Shown: in pieces, positions 1-8,731 of the stretch
Layout of the letters: each line of letters opens with the position of its first letter
How positions within the stretch are numbered: position 1 is the first letter of the stretch
NCBI GenBank assembly: GCA_044236265.1
Contig: JBIIGV010000061.1
Span: 1-17,887, forward strand
Source: Oligoflexales bacterium
Lineage (GTDB): Bacteria > Bdellovibrionota_B > Oligoflexia > Oligoflexales > RGVZ01
Direction: 5' to 3'
Length of the DNA stretch: 17,887 nucleotides
Program-made: the position numbers and the translations under genes
The notes under the pieces: generated by a model
What the model was told of the DNA's origin: nothing
Databases searched by the model: none
The model's input: the letters and a program-made list of their open reading frames with translations, nothing else

Positions 1-947
1 TTCTTTGACGTGATCGGAATAAAGAGTGTTGTTTTTGCCGAACCGGCTAACTTGCCGCGGTTGCCCGGTATGTCCAGAAAGCTTCCAATAATACTTGAAT
101 CTGCTTGGAATTGATTTGAGTTCAGATAGACATTGATAGCATCGATTACCCGACTTTTAGGCTTGTTGATGATTTCAATGTCGGAACTCCCGTCGATTTC
201 CAGACGCGGTGATCGGACTTCCAATTTGCGGGTTTTAAATTTATTCCCCTGCATCTCACCGCGAAGTTTAACACTGGCAGACTCAATGTATGAGGTTGTT
301 TGATCGGTCAAGGTGGTCTTTGGCGAGTTAAGATTGAGTTTAAATGATTTCCAATCATGGATTTCTACATCGAGATTTAATCCATCGGCTGCCAAGCGGG
401 TAACCTCCGATGGATCTTGGTTGACGTTGACTGAAAGACCATCAAAAGTTGCCTTCAATGATGCATTTGAGATTTTCAAGGAGGAAACAGGGGGTGGCTG
501 AAGAGGGGGCCACAACGGATCTCCTGGTTTGTTTTTGTCCGAGGGTGTTCCCAAATTTTTCACGGCTTCCATGAAGTCCGCTGGCGGAGGCCAGCTCATG
601 ACTAGATCTGTGACTTCTATATCCCCAATTTGTGGATGCGCCATAAAAACAGACCAAAGTGAGACTTGAAATACGAGCGAGGATGCAACGACAAGTTCTT
701 CGCCCCTTATGCCATCCTTCCCCGAACTGTGGACTTTTAGGCCGTAGATGTTAAAAGACGGCGGCAGAAGTGAGACCTTCATGCTTTGGTATTCAGCTCT
801 GATTGGTAGTTTTTTTAAAATTTTCTCATTGAGATAGAAATTTACCAAGCTATGGGTGTACGGATTATCAATGATCAGATTACCCACATATAACAAACCA
901 ACTATCACGAGAATAGCGATGACGGTTTTGTTTTTCTGGGGTTTCAT
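1..947 (-). CDS. AsmA/TamB-like membrane-anchored periplasmic protein, N-terminal part (3' end outside window)
   Basis: Not in the ORF track because it is truncated. ATG at 947, frame open to the window edge: MKPQKNKTVIAILVIVGLLYVGNLIIDNPYTHSLVNFYLNEK... A basic N-terminus and one TM helix are followed by beta-strand-rich sequence (MKVSLLPPSFNIYGLKV, FQVSLWSVF..PQIGDIEV), as in AsmA-like N-termini. The family call is by pattern only. Confidence 0.6.
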   Translation of the reverse strand, partial: MKPQKNKTVIAILVIVGLLYVGNLIIDNPYTHSLVNFYLNEKILKKLPIRAEYQSMKVSLLPPSFNIYGLKVHSSGKDGIRGEELVVASSLVFQVSLWSVFMAHPQIGDIEVTDLVMSWPPPADFMEAVKNLGTPSDKNKPGDPLWPPLQPPPVSSLKISNASLKATFDGLSVNVNQDPSEVTRLAADGLNLDVEIHDWKSFKLNLNSPKTTLTDQTTSYIESASVKLRGEMQGNKFKTRKLEVRSPRLEIDGSSDIEIINKPKSRVIDAINVYLNSNQFQADSSIIGSFLDIPGNRGKLAGSAKTTLFIPITSK

Positions 948-965
948 AACGAGCTTGTTTTTCCT

Positions 966-1826
966 CTAGCTTTTCGCGGGCGCCAATAGATCTTCTATTT
1001 TCTGCGGCTTTTTGTTTTCATCAGAATTAGATTTTTTAACTGCGACCGGTGTCGGATTTTTTGAAGGTAGTTTTTGTGCTGGCTTTTTGTCCTGTGTGCG
1101 ATTCCCCTCCTGACCGAGGGCAGAGGCTACTAAATGAATGGCGTGGCCTGGTATTCCGCGTGCATCTCGACAAATTTTTAGGGCCGATTCTGATGAAATC
1201 AGCTCCGGACCTATGCCGGCATTTTGAATTTTATTAATTATGAAGTTTTGCATTGTCATGTCATCAAATTCTGGCAGTTTTTTGTTGAGTGTGACTCTTT
1301 GGAGAATCTGTGATTCATTGAATAAACTGCTACTTGCAGGGGACGGCAACACAATAATCGAGCTGAAATTCAAATTGCTGGCGTCCGCAAGATTGAGTAA
1401 CGCCATAATTTGCGAAACGGCGTTTTCGGCGATTTCGGAAGAGGTGCAATCTATACACAGTAGTATGGGACGAGGATTTTCAGAAAGTGATCGCAATTTT
1501 TCGCTGATCGACTGATTCGGTTGCCTCGAGCTAGTAAGCCAAGGTGTTATTGCATCTATGATCCAGTCTGTTTTCGGAGAAGCTGAAGCGTTTGTGGCGG
1601 CGATTATATCAAGGTTAACAGGTTTGCGTTCCTGAAGGAGTTTGATGAATGTTGTTTTCCCGCTACCAGGTGATCCTGATATAAGCATGAGTCCGTTACA
1701 TGATGTAGAAAATGTATAGATATCAGACATCAGATTGAGCCAGGCATCCGGAACCAATTCACGACCTGAGATTGTGCGCGCATAAATTTTGCCAAGCTTG
1801 TGGGAGTCTCGAATTTCATCTGTCAT
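966..1826 (-). CDS. ExeA/GspA-like AAA-family P-loop protein, degenerate Walker B
   Basis: Walker A LMLISGSPGSGKTT; Walker B position reads LLCIDCT; ExeA-like C-terminal GIPG; low-complexity basic tail. Start overlaps the upstream stop (ATGA, 1823-1826). Confidence 0.65.
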   Translation of the reverse strand: MTDEIRDSHKLGKIYARTISGRELVPDAWLNLMSDIYTFSTSCNGLMLISGSPGSGKTTFIKLLQERKPVNLDIIAATNASASPKTDWIIDAITPWLTSSRQPNQSISEKLRSLSENPRPILLCIDCTSSEIAENAVSQIMALLNLADASNLNFSSIIVLPSPASSSLFNESQILQRVTLNKKLPEFDDMTMQNFIINKIQNAGIGPELISSESALKICRDARGIPGHAIHLVASALGQEGNRTQDKKPAQKLPSKNPTPVAVKKSNSDENKKPQKIEDLLAPAKS

Positions 1827-2818
1827 GATGCTTTGATCTCCCGGGTTTTTGCAGTTTCAGAACTCAGCTGCTGCGGTTCAAATGCCTGCCATTTTTCCTG
1901 GGCGCGTTTTATCGAGGATTGAGGAATGCCGAATGAGGCTTCTTTCTCGGCAAGGCCTTCGGCGATGATTAATCGTGCTATAAAGCTTTCAATAACAGGA
2001 TTTCCTGGAAAGTAGTCGTTCCATTCTTTGAGAAAGACTAAAGCTTGATCAAGGTGCCCACTCGCTAAATGACCGATAGCGAGATCAAAATTGAAGATCA
2101 CTGACTTTGGCGCCATTTGTTTGAGCTTCGTTAGAAATTTAAGCGCGTAGTATGGTGCGTGAGAATCAAGATAGAACCAAGCGCATTGAGCAAGGGTCGC
2201 TGGATTTTGTGGGTTTGACCGGAAGTGATCTAAGAGTTTTTTTTCGGCTTCTCGGAAGAGATTTTGTTGCATCATTAAGGTAATAATAGCTTGAATTGCA
2301 AATGGCGATGCTTGTGTATCAAAAGCTAGTTTTTCGAGGATTCCTATCTTGGTGGTCTCTCCTCCTTTAATTTCTGGTAGATGAGCGATATGTCGAAGAG
2401 CATAAAGAGCGGGGTTTTCCCAGAAATTGATCATCTCTTTGAATGCTGAGATTAATTTGATTGGAATGAGAGGTTTAGAGATTGTCGTAACACTAAAGAT
2501 TGTTTTAAAAATTTGAATATCCAGTGGCTCTGTGAAGTTTGTTAGTACCAAGGTGGGTGTTAACCGGCCTCTATCACTTTGAAATAACACTCGCAGAACT
2601 TCAGTCGCTGGTATCTTTTTACTTTCAATCACAATGTGTGCGGCAAAGGTTTTTGACAGCAGTCTTTCACGAGCGGACTGCGCGTCCGATGCAGGTAGGT
2701 GTACCATCCACTTCATCGGTCGAAGTATCTCGCGAATCATGTTGTAGTAATTCGTATCTTCGCAAATGAGGAGCACATCGTTGTTGTGCCACTGACTGAT
2801 TGTCTTTTTATTTTCCAT
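1823..2818 (-). CDS. Pseudo-receiver (CheY-like) domain plus TPR repeats
   Basis: REC-like pattern DVLLICED...TPTLVLT...ISKP with no Asp at the phosphoacceptor position (AHIVIES). C-terminal helical TPR-like repeats (NPQNPATLAQCAWFY, FNFDLAIGHLASGHLDQA, FPGNPVI). SD GAGG upstream. Confidence 0.65.
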   Translation of the reverse strand: MENKKTISQWHNNDVLLICEDTNYYNMIREILRPMKWMVHLPASDAQSARERLLSKTFAAHIVIESKKIPATEVLRVLFQSDRGRLTPTLVLTNFTEPLDIQIFKTIFSVTTISKPLIPIKLISAFKEMINFWENPALYALRHIAHLPEIKGGETTKIGILEKLAFDTQASPFAIQAIITLMMQQNLFREAEKKLLDHFRSNPQNPATLAQCAWFYLDSHAPYYALKFLTKLKQMAPKSVIFNFDLAIGHLASGHLDQALVFLKEWNDYFPGNPVIESFIARLIIAEGLAEKEASFGIPQSSIKRAQEKWQAFEPQQLSSETAKTREIKAS

Positions 2819-2918
2819 ACACGACCTCTGGTTGATTCCCTTAGGCGGCCGATTGGCTCTGTGTTAATATTATAAGGCCTGAATCTTCCTGATAAAAGAG
2901 GCATAAAGGATCGACTTC

Positions 2919-3851
2919 GTGGAGCTTCAAAGCGTCAATTTCTTGGCAGGTGATTCCCTGGGATGGGTTGCGAGCTTGCTTGCTTCATTCACGTGGTCTT
3001 TTTCGGTTCTAATCTACCGCTTCTATGGCGTCGGGTATTCGGCCACATGGCTTAATTTGTTTAAAGGGTTTGTTGCGTTGATTTGTTTTGGTATCGCTAC
3101 CGCGTTGTGGGGGGTATCACCCAGTGTGTCTTCAACCACGTTTTGGACGCTTGCGGCAAGCGGTGTGGTTGGCGTTTTCATAGGCGACTCGGCTTTTTTT
3201 GCAGCCCTGATCCGTATTGGCGGCACAATGACGGCTGCAATCCAAAGTCTTGCGCCGAGCTTGACGGCGATTTTTGCATGGTTTTTCCTGGCTGAGGAGT
3301 TAACTCTGGCCCAGGTTTCTGGTTTGGTTATCACATCGGTTTGTCTGGCCATTTTAGTTATAAAGCAGGCTCCTCGGTCTGAAAGGCCGATTGGGGAGTT
3401 GGCAGGAAATTCAGGTAACGGTTACCGAGTGGGAGTCGGTTTCGCAATTATTGCAGCTATTGGTCAGGCTGTTGGTGCTGTGATTGCTAAGCCCGTTATC
3501 CACGATCTTTCTGCGATGACGGCATCTTCTCTGCGGTTGTGGGCGCCTGTGTTGCTTCTATTTATTTGGCAGATTCGCAAAACTGAGAGCATCTGGTACA
3601 CAATTCGCGGGCTTGTTACAGGACGTCACGTGCTTCCTCTGGCAATCGGCAGTTTTGCTGGCACATTTATAGGCTTAATTTTGATGACTTATGGAATGGC
3701 TCGCGCCCCCTTAGGCGTTGTTCTTGCTTTGACGTCCACTTACCCAGTTTGGATTATGTTGATTGAGCAACTCTCCGGACGGTCAGAAATCGGTAAATCC
3801 GGCCTTGCCCTTGTGCTTGGCAGCGTCGCGGGTATCTGGCTGATGGTTTGA
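2919..3851 (+). CDS. DMT superfamily (EamA) transporter
   Basis: About 10 hydrophobic segments in two repeats; motifs SGVVGVFIGDSAFFAAL and LAPSLTAIFAWFFLAEELT; GTG start with AAGGA SD. Confidence 0.9.
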   Translation: MELQSVNFLAGDSLGWVASLLASFTWSFSVLIYRFYGVGYSATWLNLFKGFVALICFGIATALWGVSPSVSSTTFWTLAASGVVGVFIGDSAFFAALIRIGGTMTAAIQSLAPSLTAIFAWFFLAEELTLAQVSGLVITSVCLAILVIKQAPRSERPIGELAGNSGNGYRVGVGFAIIAAIGQAVGAVIAKPVIHDLSAMTASSLRLWAPVLLLFIWQIRKTESIWYTIRGLVTGRHVLPLAIGSFAGTFIGLILMTYGMARAPLGVVLALTSTYPVWIMLIEQLSGRSEIGKSGLALVLGSVAGIWLMV

Positions 3852-3922
3852 ATCGGTAGTACAATAAACGAGGAACGTCCTAAATTGCTCTATGTCTGGC
3901 ATCCAAGCCGCAGGGAGGCTAC

Positions 3923-5497
3923 ATGAAATATGTGCACTATTTGATGTCATTGTCAGCGTTTGTTTTTCTAGGGAGCTGTGGCGACCGCCAGTCTCGCGAC
4001 CATGAGTCTGCGGTGTTAACTCCAGTAGAGCAGGCCTTTGTTGATGCGGCGAAGCTAAGCGGAGTTCCTGCGAGATTGTTGATGGCAACCGTTTATGTGG
4101 AAAGCGGCCTTCGCGCTGAGCAAAGCTCTGCATTTTACCTTATTGGTGATCAGTTGGGGGCCAAGATTCCAACCAAAGGTGAAAGCGCAGTTGGTTTCAG
4201 CTTTTCGGAGTTAGGGGTAGGTCCTGACGCATCTTTGACCGATCAAATTGCTGCATACGCGGTGCTACTAAAGTCCAAGTTGGGTAACCTGGGATGGAAA
4301 TCTTCATCAGTCACCAGCGAGGAAAAAATGCGCTGGATTTGGGCATTAGCTCGAGCGCATCGAGGCAGTGATGCGCAGCAAAATTTACTTTCGGTTTTTT
4401 CAAAAGAGCTTATAGGCGTTTTGAACAGGGGTTTTTCAGTTCAAGACGGTGAGGGAGTAATTGCTCGTCTTGAGAAAGAGGCGACGCCGCTTCGTGAAGA
4501 GGATCTTCCTGAGAACTATCGCCAGGACCTGCAGCTCGACATGTACCGTTCTGATATCCGTTCAGCTTATCTTTTCTCACTAGCTCGCAGCAATCCTGCA
4601 GAGGGTGTGAATAATCCGTTGTCGATCGAAGTTGTTCATTGTCCGTTCTCGCTATCAACATGTATCGAGTTACAGAACAGTCAAACCACAGATACTGTGC
4701 CGATGGGTGCTCACTACATTATTCCATCAACTGACCAAGAGGTTCCTGGAATCCTTCAGTTTGCGCATCACGATGAAATTGTTTCGTTGATGACAACGGA
4801 AGGACTTGTTGAGCGAGTCAACAATCGGATTGTTATCATGTTAGCAGGGCTTAGTGGGCGGTATAAAGAGGGGCGTCGTGCATACGCCGATCCGCTATGG
4901 CTGACCGATTTCCAATTGAGAAATCTCGGCGTTGCTATCAATGAAATCTGTGCTTCCTTATCGCGTTCACACGGAGTCAATCAAGATGAGTGCAGAAGCG
5001 TAAACGGAGTCAAAGGAGTATCGTTTCGCGTTCAGAAAAATGAGCGTTTTCATTGGGCAGATATTGCAGACTTTGATGAGACAATTTTTGGCCCTTACAT
5101 TGTTTCAAGCGACCATATTGCAGCTAACACAAGTTTGACTCTATCTCCTGAGGGGCAACAGCAGTCTGGAACCCCATTTAGGCTGATTGCAGGATTTCAG
5201 GTTGGTGCTCGACGTATCGAATTGGAGAGACTCGTGCGATGCTCTTCATCGGATCAGCGTGTCGTTTGGGAACCAGTAGATCAGAGACAAGTCCGCCAAA
5301 TTTCAAATCATGCGTTTGAGAATGTTTGGTATGATTCTGGCCCAAACGGGACTGGAGAGCAGTTTTTCCGTGTCAAAGCCACAGGAGAGGGCGGACGATT
5401 CATGGGCTGGTCTACAAAGCGGGTCCAGTTTAGAACATTTGAAAAAGACAGTGTTCCAGAGGCACCATCAAAGTATTGTTTGAGAAATGGTAGCTGA
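3923..5497 (+). CDS. Lipoprotein with lysozyme/SLT-like N-terminal motif and degenerate N-acetylmuramoyl-L-alanine amidase-like domain
   Basis: GGAGG SD; lipobox FLGS-C19; AFVDAAKLSGVPARLLMATVYVESG; IEVVHC...MGAHYII...ILQF; C-terminal beta-rich domain (FFRVKA). Confidence 0.55.
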   Translation: MKYVHYLMSLSAFVFLGSCGDRQSRDHESAVLTPVEQAFVDAAKLSGVPARLLMATVYVESGLRAEQSSAFYLIGDQLGAKIPTKGESAVGFSFSELGVGPDASLTDQIAAYAVLLKSKLGNLGWKSSSVTSEEKMRWIWALARAHRGSDAQQNLLSVFSKELIGVLNRGFSVQDGEGVIARLEKEATPLREEDLPENYRQDLQLDMYRSDIRSAYLFSLARSNPAEGVNNPLSIEVVHCPFSLSTCIELQNSQTTDTVPMGAHYIIPSTDQEVPGILQFAHHDEIVSLMTTEGLVERVNNRIVIMLAGLSGRYKEGRRAYADPLWLTDFQLRNLGVAINEICASLSRSHGVNQDECRSVNGVKGVSFRVQKNERFHWADIADFDETIFGPYIVSSDHIAANTSLTLSPEGQQQSGTPFRLIAGFQVGARRIELERLVRCSSSDQRVVWEPVDQRQVRQISNHAFENVWYDSGPNGTGEQFFRVKATGEGGRFMGWSTKRVQFRTFEKDSVPEAPSKYCLRNGS

Positions 5498-5502
5498 AAG
5501 AG

Positions 5503-5865
5503 TCAGGGCCACAGAAGGTAGTCGTTTTGGATAGGAATGTCTTCCCCAGAGGCAGCCGCCTCACTCTCAAGTCGCGGAGCAATCTTGTCCTTCACCTTCA
5601 TGTCATAGTGGCTGATGAACGTCGTTTGCCCTTGCCCGTTTTCGACCTTCAGAATATTTGCATGGCGAGGGTTGATGGATTTAACAGTTAGTTCATCACC
5701 CGCATCAAAGTTGTCACTGAGTTTTTTAGTCAGCTCGACCTTGTCAGTAGGCATGGCGGTGTGAAGTTTGGGTGGCGGCACCCTCCTGATGGATTGCTGC
5801 TTACCCTCTTGGTCCACGTAATGGACAATATACGGCTTTCGATCAAATTTAATCGAATCGGTCAT
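5503..5865 (-). CDS. Hypothetical protein (about 120 aa, possibly SH3-like beta-barrel)
   Basis: Preferred start is ATG 5865 (MTDSIKFDRKPYIVHYVD) with GGGGG 10 nt upstream. The track's N-terminal extension to 5931 just reads through a hairpin. Confidence 0.7.
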   Translation of the reverse strand: MTDSIKFDRKPYIVHYVDQEGKQQSIRRVPPPKLHTAMPTDKVELTKKLSDNFDAGDELTVKSINPRHANILKVENGQGQTTFISHYDMKVKDKIAPRLESEAAASGEDIPIQNDYLLWP

Positions 5866-5867
5866 AA

Positions 5868-5912
5868 CCGAAAAACCCCCGGTTGGCGCTAGGCTGACCG
5901 GGGGTTTTTCGG
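5868..5912. terminator. Perfect 16-bp inverted repeat; terminator-like or SD-sequestering hairpin
   Basis: CCGAAAAACCCCCGGT (5868-5883) pairs with ACCGGGGGTTTTTCGG (5897-5912); a U5 tract follows the GC core on either strand. Confidence 0.7.
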
Positions 5913-5952
5913 ATGAAGTACCTGAAGGCATTAGGCAAAAAATGCCGATAGA

Positions 5953-5981
5953 AATTTAATCAAATAACAAAAATTGAGCAA
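5953..5981 (-). promoter_or_regulatory. Candidate sigma70 promoter for the 5865 gene/leader
   Basis: TTGCTC-N17-TAAATT on the minus strand in an AT-rich intergenic stretch. Confidence 0.35.
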
Positions 5982-6009
5982 AACAATCTCAGTCTTAAAA
6001 GGTTAGACC

Positions 6010-6246
6010 TTAGATAATTTCGCGACCAGCGATGAATCCTGTGCTGCGAGTGTTGCAACCGCAGGTTCTGTTTCCGGCTGATTCGAATAAAGTTCCACAT
6101 GCAATGCAGGCACGAACTTTGATGCGGATTGGGGATAGGTTTGCAAGGCGGCGAGCATGATTTTTCAATTCAATATCTTTAACAACAGAGGGAGGGAGTT
6201 TCTTAACTTTGTTACCGCTGGCGTCGGTCGTTGTTTCAAATTCCAA
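6010..6246 (-). CDS. Small putative zinc-ribbon protein
   Basis: TTG start with strong AAGGAGG SD; RACIACGTLFESAGNRTCGC (CxxC...CxC). Confidence 0.8.
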   Translation of the reverse strand: MEFETTTDASGNKVKKLPPSVVKDIELKNHARRLANLSPIRIKVRACIACGTLFESAGNRTCGCNTRSTGFIAGREII

Positions 6247-6334
6247 GGTGAACCTCCTTTAAAAAATGGACGAAAAAACCAATGATTTGACTCGTTGGAG
6301 GAAAAAACTGTTTCCTAGCCCAAAATAGGGGCGT

Positions 6335-6363
6335 AAAATACATTCCTCTGTCTATTTTGTCAA
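6335..6363 (-). promoter_or_regulatory. sigma70-type promoter for the zinc-ribbon gene
   Basis: TTGACA (6363-6358), 17-nt spacer, TATTTT (6340-6335) on the minus strand. Confidence 0.55.
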
Positions 6364-6420
6364 CATTTTTAATGATGTTCTTATTGATTTTAAGAGCTTA
6401 TCATGCAAACAGGAGGCCTG

Positions 6421-7725
6421 ATGGCCACGCTGCCCCAAGAAATCATTCGGAAAAAACGCCTGGGACTGAACCTCTCCGCAGAGGACATAACGGGTTTTTT
6501 TGGAGGATTTTTGCGGGGTGAAATCGCTGACTACCAGGTGGCGGCCATGCTGATGGCAATTGTCTTGAAGGGTATGACACGAGATGAGGCTGCTGCATTG
6601 ACTCTGACGATGCGCGATTCAGGCAAAATTCTAGCGTGGCCAGGCAATAAAAACGAGATTGCTGACAAGCACAGTACGGGTGGCGTGGGAGACAAGACGA
6701 GTCCTGTTCTCATGCCTCTTTGTATTTTAGAGGGTTTGAAAGTTCCAATGATTGCAGGTCGTGGTTTGGGACACACCGGAGGAACACTAGACAAGTTAGA
6801 GGCAATTTCCGGTATGAACGTTTATCCCTCTACGGATGCGGCCGTAAGTTTTTTGGCAAGAAATGGTGGCGTTTTCATGGGGCAGACAGAAGAGATTGCT
6901 CCGCTCGATAAGCGTCTATACGCCATGCGTGATGTGACCGACACAGTCGAAAGTGTTCCTTTAATTACAGCGTCAATTCTTAGTAAAAAACTAGCTGAGG
7001 GAATCGGCTGTTTGGTAATGGATGTGAAGTTTGGGTCTGGAGCTTTCATGCAGTCCAAAGAGTCAGCTTTGATGTTGGCCGAGTCTATTGTTAGCGTTGG
7101 AGCAGCCAGCGGTTTAAAGATTCGATGTCTTTTGACAGACATGGGTAGTCCCTTGGGTGACCGCGCTGGCAACAGCCTTGAAATCGCAGAGTGCGTGGAA
7201 GTTTTGAAGGGTGATGGTCCGCTTAGCACGCGTGAGCTATCTCTCGAGCTTGCCGCGGAGACGGTGCTCCTGGCCCGTCCATCTGAGAACAAGTCAGCAG
7301 TCAAATCCCGGATGGAAGGTTATCTAAAATCTGGAAAGGCTTTCGAGGTTTTTTCCCAAGTTATTGCGGCGCAGGGCGGTGACGTAAAGCAAATTGAGGA
7401 TACGCGAAAGCTTCCGCAAGCCAAAACCTTACTCGAAATCAAGGCACCTCGTGCGGGCGTTGTTGCCAGTTGTGATGTTCGAGAGCTTGGAATGGCTATT
7501 GTGGAACTCGGTGGTGGTCGTAAAAAGTCCTCAGATAAGATTAATCCCTCTGTAGGCCTCTCAAGGTTGAAGCGGGTTGGAGATAAGATTGAGTCCGGTG
7601 AACCACTGGCGCTGATTCATGCTGAATCCACTTCGGCCGCTGAGATTGTGGCGAAAAGAATTGCAGGAGCATACAAAATAAGTGATCAGGCTGTTCCTGA
7701 ATCTCTGGTTTGGCGTATTATTTAG
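6421..7725 (+). CDS. deoA: Thymidine/pyrimidine-nucleoside phosphorylase
   Basis: DKHSTGGVGDK, GRGLGHTGGTLDKLE, ASILSKKLAEG, DVKFGSGAFM, LGGGR; ATG 6421 after AGGAGG. deoA versus pdp cannot be separated from sequence alone. Confidence 0.93.
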   Translation: MATLPQEIIRKKRLGLNLSAEDITGFFGGFLRGEIADYQVAAMLMAIVLKGMTRDEAAALTLTMRDSGKILAWPGNKNEIADKHSTGGVGDKTSPVLMPLCILEGLKVPMIAGRGLGHTGGTLDKLEAISGMNVYPSTDAAVSFLARNGGVFMGQTEEIAPLDKRLYAMRDVTDTVESVPLITASILSKKLAEGIGCLVMDVKFGSGAFMQSKESALMLAESIVSVGAASGLKIRCLLTDMGSPLGDRAGNSLEIAECVEVLKGDGPLSTRELSLELAAETVLLARPSENKSAVKSRMEGYLKSGKAFEVFSQVIAAQGGDVKQIEDTRKLPQAKTLLEIKAPRAGVVASCDVRELGMAIVELGGGRKKSSDKINPSVGLSRLKRVGDKIESGEPLALIHAESTSAAEIVAKRIAGAYKISDQAVPESLVWRII

Positions 7726-7757
7726 TTCTCATTCGCATCTACTCAAAGGATCAAAGT

Positions 7758-8294
7758 ATGACTCCCGTAAATCCAGACTCTATTCGCTTTAAACCTCTTC
7801 ATGATGAGGCAGAAATCCAATCGCGAGTGCGTCAACTGGGGGAGCAGATTACAAAAGACCTTCGTGGTGAGCCTGTCGTGGTTGTGGGGGTGCTAAAAGG
7901 TGCCTTCATGTTTACGGCAGATCTTGTGCGTGCAATCAAATCACCGGTTGTTATCGACTTCATCGGTTGTGCTAGTTACTCGGGAACTCGCAGCACGGGC
8001 ACGGTAAGAATCACCCACGATCTGTCAACAGATATTACTGGAAAGAACGTGATCTTAGTGGAAGACATTATCGACACAGGTCGAACATTGGACTACCTGA
8101 TCAGGATTCTAAAAGAACGCAGCCCAAAATCCCTTCGTCTATGTACACTACTCGACAAACCAGAAGCTCGCGAGGTGCCAGTGAAGGTGGACTATTTCGG
8201 ATTTTCAATTTCAAATGAATTTGTAATTGGATACGGACTGGATCTGGATCAAAGGTACCGCGAATTGCCATATATTGCTCAGGTTCAAGTCTGA
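7758..8294 (+). CDS. hpt: Hypoxanthine phosphoribosyltransferase
   Basis: VLKGAFMFTADL, PRPP motif VILVEDIIDTGRTL, LLDKP, FVIGYGLD; ATG 7758 after AAGGA. Confidence 0.95.
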   Translation: MTPVNPDSIRFKPLHDEAEIQSRVRQLGEQITKDLRGEPVVVVGVLKGAFMFTADLVRAIKSPVVIDFIGCASYSGTRSTGTVRITHDLSTDITGKNVILVEDIIDTGRTLDYLIRILKERSPKSLRLCTLLDKPEAREVPVKVDYFGFSISNEFVIGYGLDLDQRYRELPYIAQVQV

Positions 8295-8321
8295 CAATTC
8301 GACGAGGATTTTTTTTCAGTA

Positions 8322-8612
8322 TTAGTTCAACTGATCCTTATTGCGAGTCGTCGAAAGCTTCTTAAGATCAGTCATCAAAGAATTAATGCGCTCGAGGCTC
8401 GAGCGGATCTTTTGCAGGCGATCACCGAAATCTTCGCCTTTGTCAGCAGCAGATTTCGCGCCGTCCATTGATCCCGAAATACGGCCCTCTTGGTTATTCA
8501 CATAGAGAGGCTTACGAGAACGCGAGAACTCATTGTTGATTTCTTGCTTTTGCTTGAAGGACTTGAAGTCGATAACTTTAGATTCAGTGGGGAGATTTGT
8601 GTTGGATGACAT
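8322..8612 (-). CDS. Small hypothetical protein with C-terminal coiled coil
   Basis: GAGGA SD; KVIDFKSFKQK near the N-terminus; amphipathic helix DFGDRLQKIRSSLERINSLMTDLKKL. Confidence 0.8.
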   Translation of the reverse strand: MSSNTNLPTESKVIDFKSFKQKQEINNEFSRSRKPLYVNNQEGRISGSMDGAKSAADKGEDFGDRLQKIRSSLERINSLMTDLKKLSTTRNKDQLN

Positions 8613-8731
8613 GATGGGTCCTCAAAAGCGACAATGGGAAGTTCAACAACAGATAAAACAGCAACAGTGGGGAACGAGGAACAAGAGGATCTTGGGGCCG
8701 AAGTGCCAGCCCCAATTTTAGATAATCAGGA

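Noticed and set aside
3897..3912. GG-N10-GC sigma54-like motif before the lipoprotein gene
   Set aside because: Poor -12 element (CCGCA), and the TSS would fall at the start codon, excluding the SD.
5923..5951. sigma28-like GCCGATAG on the + strand
   Set aside because: No correctly spaced -35 element and no sense gene downstream.
7710..7757. Track start of hpt overlapping the deoA end
   Set aside because: ATG 7758 has an SD and gives a normal Hpt length; no evidence of a frameshift or fusion.
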